Below, in pieces: positions 8,179-18,583 of a DNA stretch of 59,656 nt. Origin of the DNA: Candidatus Pacearchaeota archaeon (GTDB lineage Archaea > Nanobdellota > Nanobdellia > Pacearchaeales > GW2011-AR1); contig JAAOYK010000055.1 in NCBI GenBank assembly GCA_018221305.1, positions 1 to 59,656 of the forward strand, read 5' to 3'. The position numbers and the translations under genes are program-made. The stretch's first letter is position 1. Each line of letters starts with the position of its first letter. The notes under the pieces were generated by a model. That model was not told where the DNA came from and did not search any database. It saw only the letters and a program-made list of their open reading frames with translations.

Positions 8179-9879
8179 ATGTTTAAAGAGAATGTAATCG
8201 AGTTGTTAAGAAATGAAACAAAGCTTAAGCCAGAAGTTTTACTAAAATTAGTAGAAGTTCCGCCAAAGCTTGAACTTGGCGATTTTGCATTTCCATGCTT
8301 TATTTTGTCAAAAAAATTAAAAAAAGCACCAAATCAGATAGCAAGTATTCTTGTAGAAAAATTATCAAAGGATTTACCAAAACAAATTGATCGTGTTGTT
8401 GCCACAGGGTCTTATGTTAATTTTTTTGTAAATAAACTATTAATGGCTAAAAAGATAATAAAAATTAATAGTAATTATGGGAAAACTAATGTTGGGAAAA
8501 AGAAAAAGGTTATTATTGATTTTTCTGCGCCAAATGTAGGCAAACCCATGCATGTGGGTCACATCCGGTCAACTATTCTGGGTGACTCAATTATTCGGAT
8601 GTATGATTTTCTAAACTATAATCCTGTTGGTATTAACTATTTAGGAGATATTGGCCTTCATATAGGAAAACTAATTGTTGCATACGAATTATGGTTAGAT
8701 AAAGATCAATTAAAAAAAGATCCTGTAAATGAACTTTTACGCCTTTACGTAAAATTTTGTGATAAAGAAAAATCAACAGTACAGGTTGGTACTGATGAGG
8801 AAGACGAGTTCTCAAACAATGAATGGACATTAAAAGCAAAAGAAAAATTAAAACAATTAGAGTTAGGGGACAAAAAGGCTCACAAGATTTGGTCTGATAT
8901 TCAAAAATATTCCAGAAAAGGTTTTGATAAGGTCTATGACTTATTGAAAGTTAATTTTCATGAAACAGTTGGTCAAAGTCTGTTTAGTAATAAAGGAAAA
9001 CAAATAATAACCCAAGCAATACTTAGCGGTCATGCAAAGGCAGAACCTAGTGGTGCTGTTTTTGTTGAGTCACATGGTAAAAATAAATATATCTTACGTA
9101 CTGGTAAAATTGCAAGTTATATGACTCAAGATCTTGGGGCCGCAGTGACTCGTTTTGAAAAACATAAATTTGAAGAAATGATTTATTTGACAGATTATAG
9201 GCAAATTGATCATTTTAATCATCTTTTCAATATTTTAGAACTGTTTGGATATACTTTTGCTAAAAATTGTAAACATCTGGGGTTTGGGAATGTAAAGTTT
9301 GGAAAAGAAATATTGGCAACACGTAAAGGCAAGGTTATTCTTTTAGAAAGTGTCTTGAAAAAAACAATTGAAAAAGCACGTGAAGGTATTGACAAACGTG
9401 GCACAAAAGGTGATCCAAAAAAGGTCGGAGTTGGCGCTATTAAATATATTGTATTAAAAAATGAACCACAACGTGATGTTCAGTTTTCATGGAGCGAAGC
9501 ACTAAACTTTGAAGGAAATACTGGTCCTTACCTGCAGTATAGTTATGCTCGTGCATCTTCTATTATTAGAAAAGCAAAAAAAGAAAATTTTAATAAAGTA
9601 GCACCAAAAGTTAAAGATTTAACAACAGAAGAAATAGCATTAGTAAAAAAGATTGACAATTTCCCAGAGATAGTTTTGCGTGCTGCTAAAAGTTTAAACC
9701 CTGCAATAATTGCTAATTATGCGTATGAACTTGCTAAACTGTTTAATGAGTTTTATCATAACAATCATGTTATTGGTGACCCGCGTGAAGCATTTCGTCT
9801 TTACCTTCTTGAAGCGTTCAGGACGACTTTACAAAACTCGTTACATCTTTTAGGCATAGAAGTAATGGAAGAAATGTGA
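8179..9879 (+). CDS. argS: arginyl-tRNA synthetase
   Basis: Class I HIGH region SAPNVGKPMHVGHIRSTILGD and the C-terminal anticodon-binding (DALR) helix pattern. The 566-aa length fits. Confidence 0.9.
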   Translation: MFKENVIELLRNETKLKPEVLLKLVEVPPKLELGDFAFPCFILSKKLKKAPNQIASILVEKLSKDLPKQIDRVVATGSYVNFFVNKLLMAKKIIKINSNYGKTNVGKKKKVIIDFSAPNVGKPMHVGHIRSTILGDSIIRMYDFLNYNPVGINYLGDIGLHIGKLIVAYELWLDKDQLKKDPVNELLRLYVKFCDKEKSTVQVGTDEEDEFSNNEWTLKAKEKLKQLELGDKKAHKIWSDIQKYSRKGFDKVYDLLKVNFHETVGQSLFSNKGKQIITQAILSGHAKAEPSGAVFVESHGKNKYILRTGKIASYMTQDLGAAVTRFEKHKFEEMIYLTDYRQIDHFNHLFNILELFGYTFAKNCKHLGFGNVKFGKEILATRKGKVILLESVLKKTIEKAREGIDKRGTKGDPKKVGVGAIKYIVLKNEPQRDVQFSWSEALNFEGNTGPYLQYSYARASSIIRKAKKENFNKVAPKVKDLTTEEIALVKKIDNFPEIVLRAAKSLNPAIIANYAYELAKLFNEFYHNNHVIGDPREAFRLYLLEAFRTTLQNSLHLLGIEVMEEM

Positions 9880-9951
9880 TTTTTTTGACGTGTTCTTTTC
9901 TTATTTTTACAAAAAGTAAAATCATTTAAAACACTTTTGATACTAGAATTT

Positions 9952-11256
9952 ATGAATTCAGTATATATTGAAACTTATGGTTGTGCAGCTAATAAAAATA
10001 ATTCTGAAATACTTTTAGGTATCTTAAGAAGTTCTGGGTATCAAATAACAAGTAGTTTAGACATCGCAGATATTGTCATAATAAACAGTTGTATTGTTAA
10101 AGGAAAAACAGAAAATAAGATTATGCGACGTATTCAAGATTTGGCTTCAGGATTTAAAGACAAAATCTTGGTCCTTACCGGGTGTATGCCTGAGACTAAT
10201 GCAAAACAAATAAAAAATTTATGTCCAGACATTATTTTGCTTGGAACACATCATTTTAAAGATATTACAAAAATCTTGAAAGATTATAAAGAAAACAAGC
10301 TTGACTGGAAACGTCAAGATACTTATCTTGAGACACAAAAAGAAGAAAAACTGCTTACCCCAAAAATACCTGATAATAATTTAATTTCTATAACTCAGAT
10401 TAGTGAAGGTTGTCTTGGAAATTGTACATATTGTAAGACTCGCAAAGCAAAAGGATCTCTTTATTCATATCCAATAGACAAAATTGTTAAGTCGATAGAA
10501 TCTGATTTAAAAAATGGTGCAAAAGAAGTATGGATCACGTCTCAGGATTGTGCAAATTATGGTCAGGAGGGGGGTAAACTTTTGCTTCCAGAATTATTAA
10601 ACAAAATTCTAAATCTTAAACATAGATTCAAACTACGCCTTGGCATGATGGATCCCAACAATGTCGCACCAATATTAAACGATCTTATTGAAGTGTACAA
10701 AAATAATAAGATGTTTAAATTTTTACATATTCCTGTTCAATCTGGCTCAAATAAGGTTCTTAAAGATATGAACCGTCTTTATACTATTAAGGATGTACAA
10801 TTAATTATTGATAAGTTTAAATCAAACTTCTCTGATTCTGTGATTTCAACAGACATTATTGTAGGATACCCTACAGAAACTGACAATGATTTTCAAAAAT
10901 CAGTAGAATTTGTAAAAAGGAATAAGTTTGATGTATTTAATTTAAGCAAAATGTCAATACATAAAGGAACTTTAGCAGAAAAATTTAAAGCTTTGCCAAT
11001 AGATACAATAAACAAACGAACAACGCAGCTTATGAAATTGCATCGATTAGGTGCCAAGGAAAATAAACAAAAACATAAAAACAAAACCGTAAAAGTTTTC
11101 GTTGACAAAAAGATTCAAGGCAATCTTTATGAAGCACGTGATGATAATTATAACATAATTTTGATAAATACGAAAGAAAAAATTATTGGCAAAAATGTTT
11201 TTGTTAAGATAAATGAGGTTGGTGTTCATCACATGATTGGTGAAGCTGTTTTTTAA
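9952..11256 (+). CDS. MiaB-family radical-SAM tRNA methylthiotransferase (archaeal MtaB/CDKAL1-like)
   Basis: N-terminal UPF0004 motif YIETYGCAANKNNSE, a radical-SAM CxxxCxxC motif (EGCLGNCTYCKTR) and a C-terminal TRAM-like end. I prefer the ATG at 9952 over the TTG at 9937 used in the track. Confidence 0.85.
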   Translation: MNSVYIETYGCAANKNNSEILLGILRSSGYQITSSLDIADIVIINSCIVKGKTENKIMRRIQDLASGFKDKILVLTGCMPETNAKQIKNLCPDIILLGTHHFKDITKILKDYKENKLDWKRQDTYLETQKEEKLLTPKIPDNNLISITQISEGCLGNCTYCKTRKAKGSLYSYPIDKIVKSIESDLKNGAKEVWITSQDCANYGQEGGKLLLPELLNKILNLKHRFKLRLGMMDPNNVAPILNDLIEVYKNNKMFKFLHIPVQSGSNKVLKDMNRLYTIKDVQLIIDKFKSNFSDSVISTDIIVGYPTETDNDFQKSVEFVKRNKFDVFNLSKMSIHKGTLAEKFKALPIDTINKRTTQLMKLHRLGAKENKQKHKNKTVKVFVDKKIQGNLYEARDDNYNIILINTKEKIIGKNVFVKINEVGVHHMIGEAVF

Positions 11257-11330
11257 CGGATTGTATCCCCTAAGCCATATATTTATTCTGCTGCAATTTA
11301 ACTTAAATATATGTATAGATTAAAAAATGC

Positions 11331-11717
11331 ATGGTAAAGAATAGGTATGAGGTGGCAGTTGTTATACCTGATGATCATAAACGAATTCTTGTGTATCGAG
11401 ACTTTAATTTACCAAATTCATTATGGGATTTACCAAAAAGTGAAATACAGGGGGGAGATTTTAAAGAAAATGCTCAAAGAATAGTTAGTGAGCGTCTTGG
11501 ACTTGAAGCAAAAATAAAGCATGACCTTGGCGCCCTTAGTCACCCGTTTGGTGATATTATCTTATACACTCAAGTATATGGTATAAAAGGAAAAGTAAAC
11601 GATATTGCTTTTAGTAATGGCTTTAAGTGGGTGGATGTTAACGAATTAGTAGATATTGCTCAGAATAGTTCATTAGCAGCACGCATTTATTTGAAAAGTA
11701 TTGGGAAAAAATGGTAA
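11331..11717 (+). CDS. hypothetical protein, possibly degenerate Nudix fold
   Basis: GGDFKENAQRIVSERLGLE loosely resembles a Nudix box (GX5EX7REUXEEXGU) but lacks the catalytic EE pair. Confidence 0.3.
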   Translation: MVKNRYEVAVVIPDDHKRILVYRDFNLPNSLWDLPKSEIQGGDFKENAQRIVSERLGLEAKIKHDLGALSHPFGDIILYTQVYGIKGKVNDIAFSNGFKWVDVNELVDIAQNSSLAARIYLKSIGKKW

Positions 11718-11718
11718 T

Positions 11719-12069
11719 TTAAGTATTAACTGACTGATCATAATTATGAGCAAGCACACAAACTTTTTCATGCTTTTTCATGATTTTCATATAACTATTA
11801 ACATATTCTCTATATTTTTCTTCGTTTAAAAATAATGGTCCAAAACAAAACAAATAATGATACGCTAAAACATGCGCACTTTCATCCCCTTTACTTTTTA
11901 ATAAATGCAGATTTTGTTTTAATCTTCTTTCTAATCCTATCCTGGACTTTATTGGAATTTTAACCTTTTCTTCACTCAAATCCTGTTCAAAAAGTTCAGA
12001 TTTGTCCTTTAAAGTTGGTCGCCCTCCTTGTTGATACTTTTCATCAAACCATTCCTTTCCGTTACTCAT
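11719..12069 (-). CDS. hypothetical protein
   Basis: ORF only. It is convergent with 11331..11717. Confidence 0.35.
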   Translation of the reverse strand: MSNGKEWFDEKYQQGGRPTLKDKSELFEQDLSEEKVKIPIKSRIGLERRLKQNLHLLKSKGDESAHVLAYHYLFCFGPLFLNEEKYREYVNSYMKIMKKHEKVCVLAHNYDQSVNT

Positions 12070-12143
12070 AAAAAAAAATGTAAAAGTTCATTAATAAAGA
12101 TTATTATAAATAATTATAATTTTTAAGAAATAATTAGCCAAAC

Positions 12144-12947
12144 TTAAAGTTTCTTAAACCCTTTCCATGCAGCTTCAAACAATTGCTCCATTGCTGCGGT
12201 AAAAAAGTCAGTTGATAACCAGATAGCGATATCATAATTCGGATGAACTTTTTCATCGTCCAAGACCATGAATAATAATTGTTCTGAATCGACGATTGCA
12301 AATCGTGCCCTCATTTTTGGCATTGTTCTTACTTCTGCAACTTTTTCAAGCTCTTCTGCAATCTTTTTATTATCCTCATTTACTTGAGTAGCTATTCTTA
12401 TTTCTACACCGCGCTTTTTTGCTTTTTCTAGGCTTGGAAGTAATGCTTCCATTTTTCTGTTAAGTCCTGGAGCAGTTGTAACGATTGTGATTGTTTTCTC
12501 TGCTTCTCGAATCATCATGTCTAAATGATTGTAAACATTTTGTCTCCCTTTGACACTTCCTGAAAGGTCACTTGGTTCAATAAACTTTATTCCTTGTGTA
12601 AACAAACTGTTTAATTCTTCTAAAATATCTTCACCTTTTAATTTGTCAAGTCGTTTACTTTTATCATCTGCATCACGTTTCAAATTCTTTTTTACTCTTT
12701 CTACGACTTCTTCAGGTTTTAGGGCAACAAACTTTATTGGTTTTCCAAGCTTCATTACAATAAATCCTTTTTTTTCTAATGTTTCAAGAATATCATACGT
12801 CCTACTTCTAGGAACATCACTAATATTAGACAATTCTCCAGCAGTTGAGACACCTCTGGATAACAATGCAGTCCAGACCCTCACCTCGTACAGGTTTAGA
12901 TCGAATATTTTTCTGAGCCTGCTTAAGAACTCTTCTTTAACTATCAT
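12144..12947 (-). CDS. TrmB-family transcriptional regulator
   Basis: N-terminal wHTH LNLYEVRVWTALLSRGVSTAGELSNISDVPRSRTYDILETLEKKGFI, followed by a coiled linker and a C-terminal TrmB-type effector domain. Confidence 0.8.
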   Translation of the reverse strand: MIVKEEFLSRLRKIFDLNLYEVRVWTALLSRGVSTAGELSNISDVPRSRTYDILETLEKKGFIVMKLGKPIKFVALKPEEVVERVKKNLKRDADDKSKRLDKLKGEDILEELNSLFTQGIKFIEPSDLSGSVKGRQNVYNHLDMMIREAEKTITIVTTAPGLNRKMEALLPSLEKAKKRGVEIRIATQVNEDNKKIAEELEKVAEVRTMPKMRARFAIVDSEQLLFMVLDDEKVHPNYDIAIWLSTDFFTAAMEQLFEAAWKGFKKL

Positions 12948-13029
12948 GTTGTTCCCTCTTTATTATCATTAGTAAGATAAACATTGATTACTATTTAAAT
13001 CTTTTTGTTATTTAATAATAGTTATTAAA

Positions 13030-15825
13030 TTAAAGCTTCTTTAAAGCTATTTTTACAACTTTCCCTTTAATTTTGCTCTCAAAGATCTGACTTTTACCGA
13101 CGCTGTCCTGCGTATCTGTCAAGAGGTCTAATTGTTTAGAATTAGTTCGTTCTTTGATGAAATTTGCTTGATTTTCAATAATTTTGGCCATTTCAGGGTC
13201 CAAGATTAAAGTTGCTTTGACACGATCTGTCTTAACAAATCCTAATTTTTTTCGCGCTGCTTGCACGTTTCGTGCTATAACTCGAGCATAACCTTCAGAT
13301 TCTAACGCTGGTGTCATCTTAGTGTCTAGATCAACTTGTATCTCTTTACCTTTTTTGATCCTGAGTTCTTTAACATTAAGTTGTGTTTTAATTATTTCTT
13401 GTAATTCTGGGCTTATCTTATCAATACAACTGATTGTTGCGCGCATTAGCGGCCATTTTAATCCTATTTGTGCCTTATCTCGAAATGCTAATCCTTTTTC
13501 AACAATTTCTAGTACAGATGTAAACATTTTTTCTAATGTTTGGTCAATAAACTTTTCATTAATTTTTGGCCAATGCGACAAATGTACAGATTTTTTGTTA
13601 AGTTGATAATAAATATGTTCACTGATATATGGTGCGTAAGGTGCAAGTATTAATGACACTTTGCGTAGGACTTCTTCTAAAATTTCTTTTGTATCTTCCC
13701 TATCTCTTGTAATTTTTATATAGGTCCGAGAAAAATCATTAACAACAAAATCCATAATAGAAAGTGCTGCCTTATCAATCGCATAATTTTCAAGATCTTT
13801 TGTAACTTTTTTAACTACTGAGTTTAATCTGCTCAAAATCCACTTATCTTCAATTTTTTTATTATTTTTATTATTTTTTAATTGTTTATAATAAGTGTAG
13901 CTATTTGACAACACATTCAAGAACGGTAATACTGCTTCACGGACCATGTTTTCTGAGAATCGTTTTTCTTTACCTGGATCTGTTGTACAAAACTGTATTC
14001 GTGTAGCATCAACCCCTACTTTATCAATAATTTCTCTTGGCTTGATTATATTTCCTTTAGTCTTGCTCATCTTTTCACCTTTTTCATCAACTAGTAATCC
14101 TGCGCATATTACATTTTTATAGGCTGGTTTATCAAAAAGCATTGTAGATATTGCATGCATTGTATAAAACCATCCTCTTGTCTGATCAATTGCTTCTGAA
14201 ATGTAATCATAGGGAAACCTTTTTTCGAATTCTTTTTTGTTTTCAAATGGATAATGAAACTGTGCAAAAGGCGCACTTCCAGAATCATACCATACATCAA
14301 TTAGATCAGGAATTCTACTCATTTCTTTGCCACACCCACATTTGAGCTTAATTTTATCAATCCAAGGTCTGTGCAAATCATACTTTTTGAATTCTTTAGT
14401 TGAACTTTTTCTTAACTCTTCTACACTTCCAATAATTTTTTCCTTGCCACACTCGCATCTCCAAACTGGTAATGGTGTTCCCCAAAATTTTGTTCTTGAC
14501 AGGTTCCAATCTTTAATATTTTCTAACCATTTACCAAATCTGCCTTCTTTGATGTGCCCAGGGTACCAATTAATTTTCTTATTATTCTTGACCATTTTAT
14601 CTTTTACTTTCGTAACTGCAATAAACCAAGAATCAATGGCATAGTACAATAATGGGCAGTGACATCTCCAACAAAAAGGGTAAGTATGTTGAATCGTTTG
14701 AGTTTTGAATAATAAATGTCTTTTCTTTAAATCTTCAATAATTTCTTTTTCAACGCTTTTAACAAATTTTCCTTTCCATTTTGGAACCAATTCATTAAAT
14801 TTCCCGTCAGGATTTACTGTATGGATTAATGGTAAATTATTTTCTTTACAAATAACATAATCATCTTCCCCATACATCCCTGCAGTATGCACAACACCTG
14901 TTCCGTCTTCTGTTGTAACAAAGTCTGCTAAAATTATTTTATGCGAATTTTCATTCTGTAATTTTTTTATGTCAAATAATGGTTCGTACTCAACTCCTAC
15001 TAAATCTTTTCCTTTTATTTCTTCAACGATCTTATAATCTCCCTGCAAAACATCCATTCGATCTTTCCCAATAATTAGTTTATCTCCGTCTGGAAGTTCT
15101 ACTTTAACATAATCAATATCTTTTCCTACTGCTAATGAAACATTTCCAGGTAATGTCCAAGGCGTTGTTGTCCAAGCTAAGATATACTCTCCTTTAGTTT
15201 TAAGTTTAAATGCGATATACACCGATACCTCTTTAATTTCCTTATATCCTTGAGAAACTTCATGACTTGATAATGAGGTTCCGCACCTAGGGCAATATGG
15301 AACAACTTTAAACCCTTCGTATAATAATTTTTTGTCATATAATTCTTTCAAGCTCCACCAAACACTTTCAATATAGTCATTATCTAGGGGTTTGTAAGCA
15401 TTTTGTAAATCAATCCAATAATCTAATTCTTTAGTAGATTCTTCCCAATCTTTAATATTACTAAAAACACTAATCTTACATTGTTTGATAAATTTGTCCA
15501 TACCATAAGCTATTACATCTTTTTTTGATTTTAATCCTAATTTTTTTTCAACCTGAACTTCAACTGGAAGTCCGTGAGTATCCCATCCCCCTTTACGTGG
15601 AACTGAAAATTTGTTCATAAACTTAAATTTACAGATTAAATCCTTATAAGTTCTTGCTTCAAGATGATGAAGTCCTGGCGGCGCATTTGCAGTTGGAGGT
15701 CCTTCTAAAAATGAAAAAAGTTTCTTGCTTGAATCATCTTTAACAGTAGCTTTTCTAATCTCTTTATTATACTTCTTCCACACCTTTCGTGCACTTTCTT
15801 CGATCTCTTTAAATTCATATGCCAT
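13030..15825 (-). CDS. ileS: isoleucyl-tRNA synthetase
   Basis: Contains EGPPTANAPPGLHH (archaeal/eukaryal-type HIGH region), the PYCPRCGTSL zinc knuckle, EAIDQTRGWFYTM and the KMSKTKGN (KMSKS) motif. Confidence 0.9.
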   Translation of the reverse strand: MAYEFKEIEESARKVWKKYNKEIRKATVKDDSSKKLFSFLEGPPTANAPPGLHHLEARTYKDLICKFKFMNKFSVPRKGGWDTHGLPVEVQVEKKLGLKSKKDVIAYGMDKFIKQCKISVFSNIKDWEESTKELDYWIDLQNAYKPLDNDYIESVWWSLKELYDKKLLYEGFKVVPYCPRCGTSLSSHEVSQGYKEIKEVSVYIAFKLKTKGEYILAWTTTPWTLPGNVSLAVGKDIDYVKVELPDGDKLIIGKDRMDVLQGDYKIVEEIKGKDLVGVEYEPLFDIKKLQNENSHKIILADFVTTEDGTGVVHTAGMYGEDDYVICKENNLPLIHTVNPDGKFNELVPKWKGKFVKSVEKEIIEDLKKRHLLFKTQTIQHTYPFCWRCHCPLLYYAIDSWFIAVTKVKDKMVKNNKKINWYPGHIKEGRFGKWLENIKDWNLSRTKFWGTPLPVWRCECGKEKIIGSVEELRKSSTKEFKKYDLHRPWIDKIKLKCGCGKEMSRIPDLIDVWYDSGSAPFAQFHYPFENKKEFEKRFPYDYISEAIDQTRGWFYTMHAISTMLFDKPAYKNVICAGLLVDEKGEKMSKTKGNIIKPREIIDKVGVDATRIQFCTTDPGKEKRFSENMVREAVLPFLNVLSNSYTYYKQLKNNKNNKKIEDKWILSRLNSVVKKVTKDLENYAIDKAALSIMDFVVNDFSRTYIKITRDREDTKEILEEVLRKVSLILAPYAPYISEHIYYQLNKKSVHLSHWPKINEKFIDQTLEKMFTSVLEIVEKGLAFRDKAQIGLKWPLMRATISCIDKISPELQEIIKTQLNVKELRIKKGKEIQVDLDTKMTPALESEGYARVIARNVQAARKKLGFVKTDRVKATLILDPEMAKIIENQANFIKERTNSKQLDLLTDTQDSVGKSQIFESKIKGKVVKIALKKL

Positions 15826-15870
15826 CTTGCTTATTTATCCATATTTTCCTTTACTTTTAAACATTTTTAA

Positions 15871-16095
15871 TTATGCACTAAAATATGCAGCCTTTATTTT
15901 CCAACCCTGATCCTGTTTTTCTATATACCTTCGCGCATATTCTGGCAATTTTTCATAAAATTCTCTTGCATCTTTTTTCTCGCGTTTATCAACAAGACTG
16001 AAAAACTTATTCGCAGCATCCTCTAATTCTGCCTTTGTTGGTTCACGTTCATTGTTCGTTTGTATATTAGTCTCTAAACTCATAATAAACTCCAC
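15871..16095 (-). CDS. hypothetical small protein
   Basis: 74-aa ORF. No motif was recognised. Confidence 0.3.
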   Translation of the reverse strand: MEFIMSLETNIQTNNEREPTKAELEDAANKFFSLVDKREKKDAREFYEKLPEYARRYIEKQDQGWKIKAAYFSA

Positions 16096-16222
16096 GCAAA
16101 TCCGAAATATATCAGATTTGCAATCAAATAATAATTATAATACTAGCTATGTTAGAAATTCCAATCTTGCTTAGTTGGTTGTATAGCTGTATTTTCATAG
16201 GATTAATAGCTTTTTTAAGTAT

Positions 16223-17404
16223 TTAAGATTTATGGATTACCTCTAACATAAATCTTATATCATTGTCATTAAATTCTCGTTTAATTTTTTGTCTAACCAT
16301 ATTTGACATTTTAATGATAATGTTTGCTGCAACGGTTTTGTCAATTGTATAGCCTAATTCTTGCGCTTTAGAAATAACTCCGTGATATCCAGAACATGGC
16401 CCCATGATAAGTTCTGACTTTCTTCCAAAATCTTTAGCATTTACAGCTTCATATGAGTTTACATCATTAACTACTGCATGTTGATGTATGCCAGATTTGT
16501 GCGAAAATGCACTTTTTCCTACAATTGGCGCAAAATCGCTTTTTATCCCTGTAGCCCTGCTAACTAGTTTTGCTGCTTCGTACAATTTTGTTGAATCTAT
16601 TTGTGTATCAAAAGTTCTTGGTTTTCTTAATGATAGTGCAATAATTTGTTCTAGGGAGCAGTTCCCTGCACGTTCTCCAATACCCCAAATGGTAGTTTCT
16701 ACTTGCCCTGCACCATTTTGTATAGCATAATATGTATTAGCAGTAGCCATTCCATAATCATTATGGCAATGTGCACTAACCTTTACAGTATCGCTTTCTT
16801 GTTTGACAACTTGTTTAATATTTTTAACAAGTTGCCCAAATTCCTGTGGCATTGCATATCCTACTGTATCTGCAATATTGATAACTTCTGCACCTTCACT
16901 GATTACTGCTTTGCACATTTTCGTCAATGTGGAAAATTTGCTTCTAACAGAATCTTCAGGTGTGAACTCTATTATCTGAAAATATTTTGCTGCATATCTA
17001 ACAGCACTTGCAGCCATTTCAATAAGTTCATCTTCACTTTTCTTTAGTTTTGCATCATTTTGGACGTCTGAGGTTGGAACAAATATGTGAACTATTCTTT
17101 TATCATATTTCTTGAAAGCGTCATATGTTGCATCAATATCTTGTTTTGTAGCTCTTGCAAGTCCGCACAAGTATGGTTTTTTTATCTTGCTTGCAATTTC
17201 TTTCATAACTTCTATATTACCTTTAGATGCTGCAAATCCTGCTTCAATTATGTCAACATTTAACTTTTCAAGCATTTTTGCAATCTCGATTTTTTCATTA
17301 TCATACATCGTACAAAACGGGTTTTGTTCACCATCCCGTAATGTCGTGTCCATAACAGAAATATTGTTTAGTTCTTTTTCAATGCAATTATAATTAGAAA
17401 TCAT
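16223..17404 (-). CDS. 2-isopropylmalate/homocitrate/citramalate synthase family enzyme (HMGL-like, short form)
   Basis: Contains DTTLRDGEQ, HCHNDYGMATANT and GIGERAGN motifs. At 393 aa it lacks the LeuA C-terminal regulatory domain. A GGAGG box lies 10 nt upstream of the ATG. Confidence 0.85.
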   Translation of the reverse strand: MISNYNCIEKELNNISVMDTTLRDGEQNPFCTMYDNEKIEIAKMLEKLNVDIIEAGFAASKGNIEVMKEIASKIKKPYLCGLARATKQDIDATYDAFKKYDKRIVHIFVPTSDVQNDAKLKKSEDELIEMAASAVRYAAKYFQIIEFTPEDSVRSKFSTLTKMCKAVISEGAEVINIADTVGYAMPQEFGQLVKNIKQVVKQESDTVKVSAHCHNDYGMATANTYYAIQNGAGQVETTIWGIGERAGNCSLEQIIALSLRKPRTFDTQIDSTKLYEAAKLVSRATGIKSDFAPIVGKSAFSHKSGIHQHAVVNDVNSYEAVNAKDFGRKSELIMGPCSGYHGVISKAQELGYTIDKTVAANIIIKMSNMVRQKIKREFNDNDIRFMLEVIHKS

Positions 17405-17446
17405 ATGTAAGTTTCCTCCAAGAATTAATCAAAAATTAAGATTTAG

Positions 17447-17520
17447 ATGAAACCCTAAATTAAAATAAGCAGAGCTAATAAAATATTTCCAGTGCTGTTA
17501 TTAGCTCTTGTGGGTTTCAT
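17447..17520 (-). other. 74-nt two-tier stem-loop in the intergenic region upstream of the synthase gene
   Basis: Outer stem ATGAAACCC (17447-17455) pairs with GGGTTTCAT (17512-17520). Inner stem AGAGCTAATAA (17471-17481) pairs with TTATTAGCTCT (17498-17508), with a 16-nt loop. Confidence 0.4.
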
Positions 17521-17577
17521 GAAATAGTTAATTAAGTACTCTTTTTAAATTTATTCAATATACTATATCTCTAAAAT

Positions 17578-18126
17578 TTATGCTTTAATCTGTAATAATT
17601 TGTTTCTTTGATAAAAGTCTTCAATTGTATCTTTTTTCCACCAGATCGTACTTTGTCCATAATCTTTAATTTCTCCAGGAACAATCATATGAGGTAAATG
17701 AAATGCGACAATTCCTGGGTTTATCCTATAACCTTCGGTATCTTTCCACCTAACATGCATTAAATGATCTCCTTTAAACCAAACCCCATTTCTTAAAACT
17801 GCTCGCCTTATAGCAATATCATGGATATGATTATTTTCTGTCTCTTGAATCTCATAATTAAATTTTGATTTAATATTACTTTCTTCAGTGTCATAAATAT
17901 CACTTGCATTATCAATTAACCAGTCTAAAGTACCTGAACAACGTTTAAAAAATTCATAATATCCATCTTCATAAATTTGTAATGCTTCTTTTCTAGGGAT
18001 TATTAAATCTCCCCATTGATAAGCAATACGCCAGTTATTTTCACCAAACTTTTTGTCCCATTGACTAACCACTTCGTCCCTTTTTTTACCTAAATATCCT
18101 GGACGTTCAATAGTCTCCCATTCCAT
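17578..18126 (-). CDS. hypothetical protein
   Basis: 182-aa W/Y-rich soluble ORF. No family was recognised. Confidence 0.4.
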   Translation of the reverse strand: MEWETIERPGYLGKKRDEVVSQWDKKFGENNWRIAYQWGDLIIPRKEALQIYEDGYYEFFKRCSGTLDWLIDNASDIYDTEESNIKSKFNYEIQETENNHIHDIAIRRAVLRNGVWFKGDHLMHVRWKDTEGYRINPGIVAFHLPHMIVPGEIKDYGQSTIWWKKDTIEDFYQRNKLLQIKA

Positions 18127-18190
18127 GTTATGATCTCCTTTTCTAAGTTTTTAAAAACATTTGAACAATAAAATATATATTATAAAATTC

Positions 18191-18583
18191 TTAAGCTTCA
18201 TGCCTATTTTTGTATGCATTAAAACGTAATCTGTCTCGTTTTTCTAATGCAGTTTCAATAGTTAATTTTAACTCTTGCGGATTTTCAAAAAATGCTTTTT
18301 CAAGTGCCAGGTCTAAAAGATATTCTGGATGACCTTCCTCATGCTCTTCCATGGCTGCTTCATGAATATCCTGAGATTTGCCTGTTATAAGATGCCTGTA
18401 ATAAAAATCTAAAATATCTTTTTGTTGTTTTGGTGTATAACTTACTTGATTCTGCCATCTGTTAACAAATGTGTATGGTTTTAATTCGTCATCATGCCAA
18501 AACACTGAATTATTATCTAAGGAAGTTTCACTATCTTTGTCTTCTTTTCTCCCTTCATATGTTGTTTTAGTGTCTAAACTCAT
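18191..18583 (-). CDS. hypothetical protein
   Basis: 130-aa acidic ORF, co-oriented with 17578..18126. Confidence 0.4.
   Translation of the reverse strand: MSLDTKTTYEGRKEDKDSETSLDNNSVFWHDDELKPYTFVNRWQNQVSYTPKQQKDILDFYYRHLITGKSQDIHEAAMEEHEEGHPEYLLDLALEKAFFENPQELKLTIETALEKRDRLRFNAYKNRHEA

Noticed and set aside
16096-16222. Hairpin GCAAATC-N12-GATTTGC as a regulatory RNA
   Set aside because: It is a short 7-bp A/T-rich stem with no adjacent U-run and no second copy. The evidence is too weak to call anything beyond a possible terminator of the synthase gene.
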